Below, in pieces: positions 1 through 9,353 of a DNA stretch of 45,519 nt. The stretch's first letter is position 1. Every line of letters begins with the position of its first letter. The translations under genes were made by a program, and so were the position numbers. Source of the DNA: Bacteriovoracaceae bacterium (GTDB taxonomy: Bacteria > Bdellovibrionota > Bacteriovoracia > Bacteriovoracales > Bacteriovoracaceae); the NCBI GenBank assembly GCA_041586955.1, contig JBFGZE010000017.1:1-45519 (forward strand), in the 5' to 3' direction. The notes beneath the pieces are model-generated. The model did no database searches, was not told the DNA's origin, and worked only from the letters and a program-made list of their open reading frames with translations.

Positions 1-686
1 GCAGCACCACGTTTTTGAACGGTACTAATGAATTCACCTTGAAGCCATGAGCTATCAGTAATTGCATCTGCGGCCGATTGACCATTAATTTTGGCATTAT
101 AAAAATCAGGATATTGGGTGGCCGAATGGTTGCCCCAAATTGTCATATTGCTTACTGCAGTGACATCAACTCCAGCTTTTTTCGCTAATTGAGTTTTTGC
201 ACGATTTTCATCGAGGGCCGTCATGGCAAAAAAGCGGTCATTAGAGATACGAGGAGCGGCGTTCATGGCGATGAGGCAATTGGTATTACAGGGGTTACCA
301 ACAACAAAAACACGGACGTCATCAGCAGCGTTATCATTAATCGCCTTACCTTGCCCGGTAAAAATGCCTCCGTTAATTTTAAGGAGATCTGACCTTTCCA
401 TACCATCTTTACGAGGAACAGAACCGACCAAGATACACCAATTAGCGTCTTTAAAACCAACATTTAAATCACTTGTACAGACAATATTTTTAAGAAGAGG
501 AAAAGCACAATCATCTAGTTCCATCGCCACACCATTAAGGGCCGGAAGTGCATGCTCAAGTTCAATTAATTGCAATTCGACTTCCGTTTCGGGACCGAAC
601 ATTTGGCCAGAGGCAATGCGAAATAATAGGGCGTAACCAATTTGACCAGCTGCACCAGTGACAGCAACTTTAACTCTTTTACTCAT
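1..686 (-). CDS. mdh: Malate dehydrogenase (type 2); 3' end runs off the window
   Basis: Translated by hand (absent from ORF track): [27 protein letters not shown]...[16 protein letters not shown]...VVGNPCNTN...TALDENRA...[21 protein letters not shown] upstream. Confidence 0.96.
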   Translation of the reverse strand, partial: MSKRVKVAVTGAAGQIGYALLFRIASGQMFGPETEVELQLIELEHALPALNGVAMELDDCAFPLLKNIVCTSDLNVGFKDANWCILVGSVPRKDGMERSDLLKINGGIFTGQGKAINDNAADDVRVFVVGNPCNTNCLIAMNAAPRISNDRFFAMTALDENRAKTQLAKKAGVDVTAVSNMTIWGNHSATQYPDFYNAKINGQSAADAITDSSWLQGEFISTVQKRGA

Positions 687-777
687 ATAAATTCTCCTTC
701 AAAATCATATTCGCTATAAAACCTAGTAAGATTATCACTTTTGTTGATCCTGGTGTAGTCGCAGTATGTCCAAGGGT

Positions 778-806
778 TTGACTAAGGCCTGGCCCTTTTG
801 TTTAAT
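778..806 (+). promoter_or_regulatory. sigma70-type promoter for the 836..1399 gene
   Basis: TTGACT (778-783), 17 bp spacer, TTTAAT (801-806). Favours ATG 836 over GTG 809 as start. Confidence 0.55.
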
Positions 807-835
807 GGGTGACAGAAATCATAGAAGGAAAAAGT

Positions 836-1399
836 ATGACTGAACCACAAAAACGCCCACGCCGACAAGGAAAGCGGCCTAACCGCTCCAATACTAGTAA
901 GGGTGGCGGGCAACAGAATCGCTCTGCCGGCCGCAATTCAGGAAAGGCCAACCCAAAACGACGTAACCGCAACAACCGAAACCGCGGCCCAAGGCTAGAA
1001 GGCTTTGAAAAAATAGAACGGAGTTACCTCGTTCTTACCGAAAAACATATTCAGGCCCGCAAAAAATATTATGAATTCTATCACCGTGCTAATCCCCAGC
1101 AATTGGCCAAATTAGAGCGCCAATTTTATCAAAGCTTAAAAGAAATACGTGATTTTGAAGACAGCATAAGTGAAGAGTTCAAAGAACAATTTAATGCCAA
1201 GTTTAATGGTTTGAGGTTAGACACGACTTATACAGAAAATCATGAAATTAACTCCGAAGGACAATTAGAAGTCGCAGCAGAAGGTCCTTTTGAGGACCCT
1301 CACTTGCTTAGAATACAGCAGGAAAGCAATTATGCTGACGACGATGAAGAAAGTAGCGGATCACTGGATGATTATCTCCGTTATAAGGGATTATCTTAA
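836..1399 (+). CDS. Hypothetical protein with Arg/Asn/Gly-rich N-terminus, helical core and acidic tail
   Basis: ORF 809..1399; ATG 836 has GAAGGA RBS. Stop overlaps the convergent stop of the next gene (TTAA). Confidence 0.8.
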   Translation: MTEPQKRPRRQGKRPNRSNTSKGGGQQNRSAGRNSGKANPKRRNRNNRNRGPRLEGFEKIERSYLVLTEKHIQARKKYYEFYHRANPQQLAKLERQFYQSLKEIRDFEDSISEEFKEQFNAKFNGLRLDTTYTENHEINSEGQLEVAAEGPFEDPHLLRIQQESNYADDDEESSGSLDDYLRYKGLS

Positions 1400-1686
1400 C
1401 CAACTTTTTCGGTATCAGTTAAATTTCTTCTCGAGAGGTAGAAATTTAAAGTCGCCTCTTGATCTTGAAGAAGTGATTGCTTAAGTTCATCCTCTTTAAT
1501 ATCCAAAACTTCAGAAACCTTGGGTAATATCTTAAGAGGAATATTACACAGACCCCGTTCTACATTAGAAATAAATTGACCATTCTTGTATCCAAGTAAA
1601 TGCGACAATTCACTCTGAGAATAGGCCTTAGGATGTGACTGACGTTTTTCCTTAATCAACTTAGCAATATTAACAAAACTTCTCAT
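1396..1686 (-). CDS. XRE/Cro-C1 family HTH regulator (paralog 1)
   Basis: LIKEKR...SQSELSHLLGYKNGQFISNVERG HTH_3 pattern. ATG 1686 follows GGAGGT RBS. Confidence 0.9.
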   Translation of the reverse strand: MRSFVNIAKLIKEKRQSHPKAYSQSELSHLLGYKNGQFISNVERGLCNIPLKILPKVSEVLDIKEDELKQSLLQDQEATLNFYLSRRNLTDTEKVG

Positions 1687-1833
1687 ACAAACCTCCACAT
1701 AGTTGGTAACCCATGGACCTCTTCATGAAGCCCCTTAATTCATTTGTTAAAAAAGAATTATTGTCTTAATTCTATAGAACACCCGGATTTGGTTCATGTG
1801 AAGTATTCGACTCAGACTTTAACTATTCTATAA

Positions 1834-1846
1834 AATCAGCTACTTG
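1834..1846 (+). promoter_or_regulatory. IHF-like site upstream of XRE paralog 1
   Basis: AATCAGCTACTTG, one mismatch to WATCAANNNNTTR. Confidence 0.3.
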
Positions 1847-1961
1847 TAAAGTTTTAGTGCTAAATATTATTGTGAGCGAGTGACCGACTATAAAACTATA
1901 TATTTGCCAAGAGGCCACAGGCCTTCTAAAATAAAAATCCGTATAAAAACAAGGATGTATC

Positions 1962-2723
1962 ATGGGCAATAATGGCAATCTAGGGAATGATCCCCTAGAG
2001 AATCTTTTTAATAAAGAGCATAACTTCTCAACCATACTTAAAAAGCAGGAGCAAAGTGCTAAGCGTGGTACTAATGGACCCATTGAAAATCTTATTAAGC
2101 GAACTGACCTCGCCCAGGAGGGCATTTCAGGAGATCTAGCGCACCTTCAATTGGACCGTATCGAAAACCGATTGATGGAATTAGAAGAAAAAAATAAAGA
2201 AGAAATTCGCGATATGTTTAATAAGTTAGTAACGGTACCAGATAAAATCGACCGTCTTGAAGGATTAGTGCAAGCGCTTCTAATCAAGGAAGAACAAAAG
2301 CTCCTTTCTCCTCAAGCTCATGAAAAACAACCTCCCGAAAAAGCTGATAAATATCAGTCCCTCAATAAGCACTGGTCTTCGGTCGTTTTAGGCTCAGTTC
2401 TAGGGACCGCGATTTTAATCGCGGCCATATCATTTCTAGGTCCGCAAGATAAAAAAGAAATAGCAATAAACACCCCGGCCAAAGCAATCACCAAAACGGT
2501 GGTCCCTACTCACCAAAAAATGATCACTCTTAAGTTTGTTAATTTACGCTCCCACCCTTCGACCAAGTCCAAGATCATTAAAACCCTTTACCCCAACCAG
2601 ATGCTGACAATTCTTAAAAAGCAAAAACAATGGAGCTTGGTACAATGGCAGGATATGATTAAGAACCGACAATTGAAAGGCTGGGTTTACAATCCTACAA
2701 TCGGCCCTTCCAAGGTCAAATAA
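1962..2723 (+). CDS. Membrane-anchored protein: coiled coil, one TM helix, C-terminal bacterial SH3 (SH3b) domain
   Basis: TM VVLGSVLGTAILIAAISFLG; SH3b pattern VNLRSHPSTKSKIIKTL...WSLV...KGWV. Confidence 0.8.
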   Translation: MGNNGNLGNDPLENLFNKEHNFSTILKKQEQSAKRGTNGPIENLIKRTDLAQEGISGDLAHLQLDRIENRLMELEEKNKEEIRDMFNKLVTVPDKIDRLEGLVQALLIKEEQKLLSPQAHEKQPPEKADKYQSLNKHWSSVVLGSVLGTAILIAAISFLGPQDKKEIAINTPAKAITKTVVPTHQKMITLKFVNLRSHPSTKSKIIKTLYPNQMLTILKKQKQWSLVQWQDMIKNRQLKGWVYNPTIGPSKVK

Positions 2724-2906
2724 TCCCTAGCAATAAGGATCGCACTCTTGTAAACAGCTTCACCCCCATACCGTAGCTTAACAAAAAAGGGAGTGATGTT
2801 TTCAATGGAGCTCCTCTCTTTTACTCTCTGCTATTACAAGTAATCAATCTTGTTTAGTGCGGCGCTTAGGGGTAAAATAATATAGTACTTTTTCAAGGAT
2901 TCTATT

Positions 2907-3923
2907 ATGAGATCGAAATGGATTTTGATCGCCCTTCTTTTGTGTCCATCACTTTTTGGTAAAGATATTCCTCGTCAAAGACCCTTTTGGGTATATGGTG
3001 GTTTTGGTATCGGCCCCTCTCGCCTATCCACTGATTATGTCGGTGAATTAAATGATAAAACAGGTTACCATTTTAACCTCGCCCTGACAGGAAGCTGGTA
3101 TTTCGAAGACTGGAATATCCACACCGGTCCACAATGGTATCGTTATCGCTTTGAGTCTGGCATTGTCCAAGGACAAAAAGTTACATTAAAAGTGGGGAGT
3201 TTGGCCTGGAACTTTAATCCGCAATTTCGCCTCAACCATCGCTTCTCTATTGGACCAGAGTTATTATGGAGTTTAGGTGAACCTTACCGCGTGAGTCCCA
3301 TTAAAGGTCCTGGTGCAAAGGACCCCACAACTCGACTGGTCGCTGGCGCCAACCTCTTTTATGAGATTCCCTGGAAGCAATCCCGTATGCGCCTAGGTGC
3401 CCATTATTATTTCCGCCCCTTAGGAGTTGGTGAACGGGAGGTCCATACTGCTCTTTTTAGTTTTCACATTGGATTCCCCGTGCGCCTAGAAAACTATAAA
3501 GGCCGCACCATGATGCAGCTGACACTCAATGAACAAATGATCAACTTTGAAACAAATTCTGATCGCCTCGATGGGCCTTCTGCACAATTTCTACGCGAAC
3601 TCGGCCGCTATTTGGCGACTCATAAGGACGAATGGCAAAACTTAGAAATTCATGGACATACAGATGTTCGCGGTAAGGCCGCCTATAACCTTAGCCTATC
3701 TCAAAAAAGATCGTCCTCTGTCGTGCGTGCCTTAAGTGAAGCAGGTGTTCCCAAATCAAAATTAAAGGCCGAAGGCCATGGCGAAAGCAGGCCCTTAAAG
3801 ATGGAGAATGAACCTAGCGCTCATAAAATTAACCGCCGGGTTGAAATACATTTCAAAGGGGAAACTGACGGTCATACTATTTCCTTGGCGATTAAAAGAA
3901 TTCGCACCAAACTCAATTTATAG
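2907..3923 (+). CDS. OmpA-family outer membrane protein (beta-barrel plus peptidoglycan-binding domain)
   Basis: Signal peptide; aromatic-girdled beta strands; INFETNS, GHTDVRG..YNLSLSQKR and NRRVEI motifs. Confidence 0.9.
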   Translation: MRSKWILIALLLCPSLFGKDIPRQRPFWVYGGFGIGPSRLSTDYVGELNDKTGYHFNLALTGSWYFEDWNIHTGPQWYRYRFESGIVQGQKVTLKVGSLAWNFNPQFRLNHRFSIGPELLWSLGEPYRVSPIKGPGAKDPTTRLVAGANLFYEIPWKQSRMRLGAHYYFRPLGVGEREVHTALFSFHIGFPVRLENYKGRTMMQLTLNEQMINFETNSDRLDGPSAQFLRELGRYLATHKDEWQNLEIHGHTDVRGKAAYNLSLSQKRSSSVVRALSEAGVPKSKLKAEGHGESRPLKMENEPSAHKINRRVEIHFKGETDGHTISLAIKRIRTKLNL

Positions 3924-3958
3924 GGACAGATTAATAAGGCGAATTAATCGAACTCTCC

Positions 3959-3990
3959 AAATGCCTCCAATATTCACAGGGAGGCATTTT
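3959..3990. terminator. Hairpin between convergent genes, likely intrinsic terminator
   Basis: AAATGCCTCC, 11 nt loop, GGAGGCATTT (10 bp perfect stem). Confidence 0.6.
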
Positions 3991-4010
3991 GTGATGGTGT
4001 TTATAAAAAA

Positions 4011-4817
4011 CTACTCTAAATATTCAAATGTCATATCAAAATACAAACCGGAATGCTTACAGTCTTTAGTATTGTTATCCCCAAGAATGATAAACTTAAG
4101 GTCTACATCACCGCCCTTCTCCAAGGCCACTGATGATAATGAAAAAAGCTCCAACGTCTTTTGGGTGGGAATTTGTAACTGAAATTCACCCCAAGTATCT
4201 GTTTCAGGAATCTCACAAATGCTTTCGCCTTTTGGATCATCATCCATACCAAGACAATATTCCTTTTTATTATGATATTCATATTCTGTTTCGACTAAAC
4301 GGTCCCAATCGTATTTCACAAGACCAAAAGTATCTTTGGACAGACGATAGACACCAGTTCTTTCCACTGGATTTGAAAAGTTCTGACTCGAAAAGAGAAC
4401 ATAATTATTGTAGGTCAGAAGAATTTCATCATCAAAAATAATATTCTGCTTGGGAAAATTAAACTTAAGTCCACAAAGAGTCTCCGCGGCCTTGGGTAAA
4501 GATATATGGCCCGCCGGAAATTGCTCAAAGCGTGCCTGGAGGGAGAAATTGACTTTCCCTAAATTACCATCTCTATTCCAAGCACATTCTGTTGTTTGTC
4601 TGGGAAATTCAACTCGTACCGTGGATCTTTTTATATCTCCACTTTCTTGTATGCAGCGGTCTAGGGCCTGACTCACTTCGGCCGTCACTTCTGTTTCCAC
4701 TTTTTCCGTATAGCTTTCTTTTTGTTTGTCCCATTCAATCTTGGTGTAATTCATAGGCTTATCACAACCCATAATCACTAATAATAACGCAAGTGGGGCC
4801 ATTTTTGACCAATTCAT
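4011..4817 (-). CDS. Hypothetical lipoprotein, several Cys
   Basis: Within ORF 4011..4943; ATG 4817 after GGAGGT gives MNWSKMAPLALLLVIMGC lipobox. Confidence 0.8.
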   Translation of the reverse strand: MNWSKMAPLALLLVIMGCDKPMNYTKIEWDKQKESYTEKVETEVTAEVSQALDRCIQESGDIKRSTVRVEFPRQTTECAWNRDGNLGKVNFSLQARFEQFPAGHISLPKAAETLCGLKFNFPKQNIIFDDEILLTYNNYVLFSSQNFSNPVERTGVYRLSKDTFGLVKYDWDRLVETEYEYHNKKEYCLGMDDDPKGESICEIPETDTWGEFQLQIPTQKTLELFSLSSVALEKGGDVDLKFIILGDNNTKDCKHSGLYFDMTFEYLE

Positions 4818-4873
4818 ATTTACCTCCGCAATAAATAATATAGACATTACTGCAAGGCGTGGGCCAAGAAAGA

Positions 4874-4909
4874 GGCCTTTTTTGACTATTGTTTTGTCAA
4901 TAAAAGGCC
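4874..4909 (-). terminator. Inverted repeat (terminator-like hairpin or operator) upstream of the lipoprotein gene
   Basis: GGCCTTTTTTGAC-N9-GTCAATAAAAGGCC (13 bp arms, one bulge), followed by TCTTTCTT on the minus strand. Confidence 0.45.
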
Positions 4910-5220
4910 CGTGCTGTACATGGTTTAAACAATTTAAGATCACTCTGTCAGGAAAGTAAAAGCTATTGAAGATCCAGTTAAGATATTTCTGGTGTTCAAA
5001 AATCTATAGACTGGAAAGATTTTGTGCTTAAAATTGGCCATGTTTTGATACCCGCACGGGGTCTCGTTCGCATAAGATTTCTCAGGAGTCTTGGGCCACA
5101 CCTTATTTTTTATCCCACTATAAGTCCTTGGCGATGGCCATCAGATTATCCACCGCCAAATCTAGAAATCTTGCCCTAACTTTTGCTTATTGCGACTTAA
5201 TGGTGATGACAATAAGGTTT

Positions 5221-5238
5221 TCAGTATTTTCATACTGA
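5221..5238 (-). terminator. Small hairpin downstream of the 5257..5685 gene
   Basis: TCAGTAT-GAAA-ATACTGA on the minus strand, 7 bp stem with GNRA loop; no clear U tract. Confidence 0.35.
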
Positions 5239-5256
5239 GATTGTTTAAAAACTTAA

Positions 5257-5685
5257 TTATTCCTGAACAAGGTTAGAGCAATTAATTTTAATTTCCTGAC
5301 TCCAACCAAAGAAACCCTTTTTTTGCCCATCTATTAATACCGAAGCAGGTCTACCTTCTGCATCAAGTGAAATATCTGCTCTTCCTCGAGTAAATGCATG
5401 ACCGTTAGTATGTCCGCTACAAGAAATTAAGATTCCCGTTCCCTTTGTGCCACTATAAAAAGTAATATCAGTTTTGTCCTCAGCGCAGTAAGTAAAATCA
5501 CCAAATTCGTAATTATTTCCATATCCAATTACTACTTGTTGATCATCTTTAGATATATATAAAACAACCCCATTATTTCTTTGTTCTTTTTCAACTAAAC
5601 ATCCCTCATCATTAGAATAATTAGCGGTCCCTGCAAAAGAAGATATTGAAGTGAAAAATGTTAATCCGATTATTAATTTTTTCAT
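5257..5685 (-). CDS. Secreted hypothetical protein, AT-rich, 4 Cys
   Basis: Signal peptide MKKLIIGLTFFTSISSFA; AAGGA RBS; A/T-ending codons unlike neighbours. Confidence 0.85.
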   Translation of the reverse strand: MKKLIIGLTFFTSISSFAGTANYSNDEGCLVEKEQRNNGVVLYISKDDQQVVIGYGNNYEFGDFTYCAEDKTDITFYSGTKGTGILISCSGHTNGHAFTRGRADISLDAEGRPASVLIDGQKKGFFGWSQEIKINCSNLVQE

Positions 5686-5759
5686 AATAATTCCTTATTT
5701 TTAAATTCATAGTTTGTTACCAAGAATTATTTGGCAAATTACATTTGTCCGGCCAACAA

Positions 5760-5856
5760 TATACCGCTGTCAGAAGAAGTCTAGGAGTGAGGGAAGTCCT
5801 CTTTCGTTTTTACACACTTGCCTACGCAAGGCAGCTACAATCCCTCCAGCGTTATA
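5760..5856 (-). repeat. Imperfect long inverted repeat, attC-like
   Basis: Outer arms TATACCGCTG (5760-5769) and CAGCGTTATA (5847-5856), 9/10 match; inner GAGGGA/TCCCTC; internal hairpin TGCCT-ACGCA-AGGCA. Confidence 0.35.
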
Positions 5857-5945
5857 AAATATCAGCTTTTTTAGTTTAGGAATATACGAACACCGATATT
5901 TAAGAAAGGAGAAAAACATAAAGGCCACGAGTTAACGTCTGAATT

Positions 5946-7805
5946 TTAATACAAGTGGAAGCTGATGGGAAGGCCAGTACTACTATATTCTAGCCAGCGC
6001 TCAAGCCGGTTTTTTGTGGCCTTGATAAAATCATCACTCTCCCATCCATTAAAAAATCCCCTACCGATGATAAAATAGGCGGCTTCTTCAATAGCTTCAG
6101 GATAGGTGTTCATCAATTGATGATACCAAAGTTCTTTCTCATTATAATTTACCTGATCATGAAAAACCTGTGGGAATCGTAGGCCTAATTCTTCGATTAA
6201 TTCTGCTTTATGATTTTGGAACCATTCATGGCGCTTGAGTTCAGGGGCCTGATGCCATTTTTGACCACCCTTTGCAATAAACTGTGATCGCTTCAAATTA
6301 TAATAATGATAAGGAATCGCAGTCTCGGCCAAATCCCAATAACGTGATTCAAAAAAGGCGGTCATCATACTTTGCCAACGGCCGACGATAGAGTCTGCAC
6401 CTTTAACGACCAGGCCCAAGGTCATGCCATCCTTTTTAAATAATTCAGGCCCAGGGCCAAGAGAGCTCATCCAAAGCCATGATTTTGTTTTGTCCTGATC
6501 GTCGTAAACAGTAATAAAGTTCATCTGGGCCTGCATCGCTGGTGGCAACCATTTAATTTGAATTTTAACTTTGTTCTGACGCAATAAATATGCGGCGGCT
6601 TCTCTATTTCCACTCATTCCCTTTTTCCAAGTTTTGGCAGCAAGATGAATGAGGATTGGATTATCTTTCTTACGCTCACTTTGTTGGGCAAGGACATTTA
6701 TCATCCTCACCACCTCTATATCATTTAATTCATTACTGACGATCATTAATTTTTGATGAGGCCGCACCGACCGCAAAAAGGCCATAATGTATTGCTTATT
6801 TTTATCCCCCATTAAATACTTTATTTGCATGGGGTTTTCTTTTTCGCCTAGCTCGATCTCCTTCGCGGAAGGAAAGTGAGTCACCCCTCTTTGAATTTCC
6901 TGTACGCCATCGGCCAGAGAATATTTGCGCTTCCATTTTTTTTCTGTGACATAAGACCATTGGGCATAATCATGACAATTCACCTTTTCATCGAGGCAAT
7001 GATTTAAGGTTTTATGAACGACTTCCCCCATCCAGGCTCGCAAGTAATGACCAGCTGGTCCTTTTAAAGTCAGGCCGGCCATTAATGAATTATTTTTTGC
7101 GAGCAAAGGATGGCCTGTAGAGAAGAGCACCTCAAATTCATTGGCCAATAAATAATTATTCCATGGCCTGTAACCATTTAAGTGAGATAAAGTCTCACTC
7201 TTAGGCATCAGATGCGCGCTGGTTCTAAAGGGAATAAAGGACTCGTCTTTAAAGTCACTCGCATTATAAGTAAAACGAAAATTCGATTCCATATACTGCC
7301 GTAAAAAATTAAGATGAGTTGATGAAAAGTTTTGCTCCCCGGCGGGGTAAAAAATATCCACCTTACCTGCAAAGAATTGTCCCATTTGCGATATAATGGT
7401 CGGATCTTGCACCTTGTTAAAACTATCAAGAATAAAAGAGGCCTTAAGCCCCTCTTCTTTTTGTAGCTTTTTGAAAAGTTGCTTCTTCCATGCCTGCCAA
7501 CTGCCATTGACATCATCGCGAGTATAAAGGCCATAATTGGTTAGAAAAAAAGATGCCATTAATTCCGTTTTGGCCTCTTTCAATAATTGAAAAGCAACGG
7601 GAGAAAGGCCATCTAAACGACGATCTTTTAGACTGGTATAATTCCGCCCATAAAGGTTCACATTCAGATCAATATTATTATCTGCGGCATGGATCCATGG
7701 TGACTCTTCTAATCCCTGGGCCTGTTCTAAGGTTACCTTTTTTTTGGGGGCTGTTGAGCAACCTAAAAGGATAAGACCTATTAAAAGAGAGAGTTTCATT
7801 TTCAC
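5946..7805 (-). CDS. Lipoprotein with probable phospholipase D-like fold, HKD motifs absent
   Basis: Lipobox LLGC; PLD-like segments LLKEAKTELMASFFL and KLMIVSNELNDIEVV; no HxKxxxxD in either half. Confidence 0.6.
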   Translation of the reverse strand: MKMKLSLLIGLILLGCSTAPKKKVTLEQAQGLEESPWIHAADNNIDLNVNLYGRNYTSLKDRRLDGLSPVAFQLLKEAKTELMASFFLTNYGLYTRDDVNGSWQAWKKQLFKKLQKEEGLKASFILDSFNKVQDPTIISQMGQFFAGKVDIFYPAGEQNFSSTHLNFLRQYMESNFRFTYNASDFKDESFIPFRTSAHLMPKSETLSHLNGYRPWNNYLLANEFEVLFSTGHPLLAKNNSLMAGLTLKGPAGHYLRAWMGEVVHKTLNHCLDEKVNCHDYAQWSYVTEKKWKRKYSLADGVQEIQRGVTHFPSAKEIELGEKENPMQIKYLMGDKNKQYIMAFLRSVRPHQKLMIVSNELNDIEVVRMINVLAQQSERKKDNPILIHLAAKTWKKGMSGNREAAAYLLRQNKVKIQIKWLPPAMQAQMNFITVYDDQDKTKSWLWMSSLGPGPELFKKDGMTLGLVVKGADSIVGRWQSMMTAFFESRYWDLAETAIPYHYYNLKRSQFIAKGGQKWHQAPELKRHEWFQNHKAELIEELGLRFPQVFHDQVNYNEKELWYHQLMNTYPEAIEEAAYFIIGRGFFNGWESDDFIKATKNRLERWLEYSSTGLPISFHLY

Positions 7806-7889
7806 AGAACGAATCCTTGTTCAATTAGCGGAGCAATTTACCATATTTTACCGCGACAAGGGCAAGAGAATCTAGGAATTTATCGATTT

Positions 7890-7921
7890 GAAAAAGAAAA
7901 GGCCCCCAAAGTGGAGGCCTT
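7890..7921 (-). terminator. Intrinsic terminator of XRE paralog 2
   Basis: Minus strand AAGGCCTCCA-CTT-TGGGGGCCTT followed by TTCTTTTT. Confidence 0.75.
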
Positions 7922-7959
7922 ATCTATTAGAAAAGAACTATAAACAATAAAAGCTTTAT

Positions 7960-8307
7960 CTAAAGGAAGGCCGGAGCCCCCTTCAATCCCATAATCTGGG
8001 TTTTCTCGCCCTGTCCAAGAGAAGAGGCGTCATCTGAGTCAGGTGACGTGCCATTCATATAAAATTCTAATGTATTCTCATAATCCTTCATGACGGCCAA
8101 TTTGACCTCGTCTAAGGAAATATCTAAAACTTCGCTAACGCGACCAAGCATTTTGAGGGGAACGCTACATAGAGCTCTTTCCACATTTGAGATAAACTGA
8201 CCGTTTTTATATCCCAACAAATTCGACAATTCTGATTGAGAATAGGCCTTAGGATGACTCATTCTTTTTTCTTTAATTAACTTGGCCACATTTTCAAAAG
8301 TTCTCAT
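7960..8307 (-). CDS. XRE/Cro-C1 family HTH regulator (paralog 2)
   Basis: MRTFENVAKLIKEKRMSHPKAYSQSELSNLLGYKNGQFISNVER; start at ATG 8307 by alignment with paralog 1. Confidence 0.9.
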   Translation of the reverse strand: MRTFENVAKLIKEKRMSHPKAYSQSELSNLLGYKNGQFISNVERALCSVPLKMLGRVSEVLDISLDEVKLAVMKDYENTLEFYMNGTSPDSDDASSLGQGEKTQIMGLKGAPAFL

Positions 8308-8434
8308 ATCTGGATCATCCTTTGCTTTTAGATTAAATAATTTAAGTTTTCTTAAATAGAATTTAATGTAAAAACGGCCAAATCCCAAATAAATTATAGT
8401 TAATTTTTAGGTTAAAAATTTAACAAAGCAATTA

Positions 8435-8447
8435 AATCAACCACTTA
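8435..8447 (+). promoter_or_regulatory. IHF-like site in the XRE2/xth divergent spacer
   Basis: AATCAACCACTTA, exact match to WATCAANNNNTTR in an AT-rich spacer. Confidence 0.4.
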
Positions 8448-8505
8448 ATGTTAAAAGCTATAAATTGAGTTTGTTTTTAAAGGCGGTCCAAAAAAGACCT
8501 TTTCA

Positions 8506-9336
8506 ATGAGTTATGGCCATTATTACAATACAGTTTTAAACGAAGGGAACGACTTGAAATTAAAATTGATAACATGGAACGTTAATGGCATCAGGGCCGT
8601 TAGTAATAAAGGTTTCTTAGAATGGCTGCAAAAAGAAAAACCCCATTATCTTTGTTTGCAAGAAATTAAGGCCCACGAAGAGCAATTAGACGAAGAATTA
8701 TTACGCCCAAAGTCCTACCGATCTCATCTCTTTTCGGCCGAAAAAAAGGGTTATTCCGGAGTCGCCACGTATTTAGGTCGTGGTCAACATGACGCGCAAG
8801 TCACCAATGGCCTAGGTGTTGAAGAGTTCGATCGCGAGGGCCGAAGTCAAATTATCGAAACTGAGCACTTTATTCTTTTCAATGGGTATTATCCTAACGG
8901 CCAACGCGACCATGGCCGAGTACCTTATAAACTCAACTTTTCCCAAGCAATGCTTGACCATGCTCTTAAGCTCCATAAAGAAACAGGTAAAGAAATTATT
9001 CTCACAGGGGATTTTAATACCGCCCATCACCCTATCGACCTCAAAAACCCTAAAACGAATAAGGATACAACTGGATTTTTACCCAACGAAAGGGCCTTTC
9101 TTGATCATATGATTGACCAAGGATTTGTGGATGTTTTCCGGCATTTCCACCCTGAAGAAGAGGGTCATTATTCATGGTGGTCTTACCGTAGCCAATGCCG
9201 GGAAAGGAATATTGGTTGGCGTATCGATTATTTCTTTATGACAAAAGGACTTTTAAGCAAGGTGAAAAAAGTAAAGCATCTACCTGAGGTACTTGGTTCT
9301 GACCATTGCCCTATTTACTTAGAGCTTGATCTCTAA
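8506..9336 (+). CDS. xth: Exodeoxyribonuclease III / AP endonuclease (start may be TTG 8554)
   Basis: TWNVNGIRA, LQEIK, GYSGVA, YYPNG, GDFNTAH, YSWWSYR, GWRIDY and GSDHCP motifs. Confidence 0.96.
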   Translation: MSYGHYYNTVLNEGNDLKLKLITWNVNGIRAVSNKGFLEWLQKEKPHYLCLQEIKAHEEQLDEELLRPKSYRSHLFSAEKKGYSGVATYLGRGQHDAQVTNGLGVEEFDREGRSQIIETEHFILFNGYYPNGQRDHGRVPYKLNFSQAMLDHALKLHKETGKEIILTGDFNTAHHPIDLKNPKTNKDTTGFLPNERAFLDHMIDQGFVDVFRHFHPEEEGHYSWWSYRSQCRERNIGWRIDYFFMTKGLLSKVKKVKHLPEVLGSDHCPIYLELDL

Positions 9337-9353
9337 AAAGGTTATTCTAAGGC

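Noticed and set aside
189..636. ORFs 189..392, 223..636 and 263..463
   Set aside because: Antisense or out-of-frame shadows of the mdh gene (1..686, minus).
1396..8307. Prophage repressors or toxin-antitoxin antitoxins
   Set aside because: No phage, integrase, peptidase or toxin genes are adjacent to either XRE gene.
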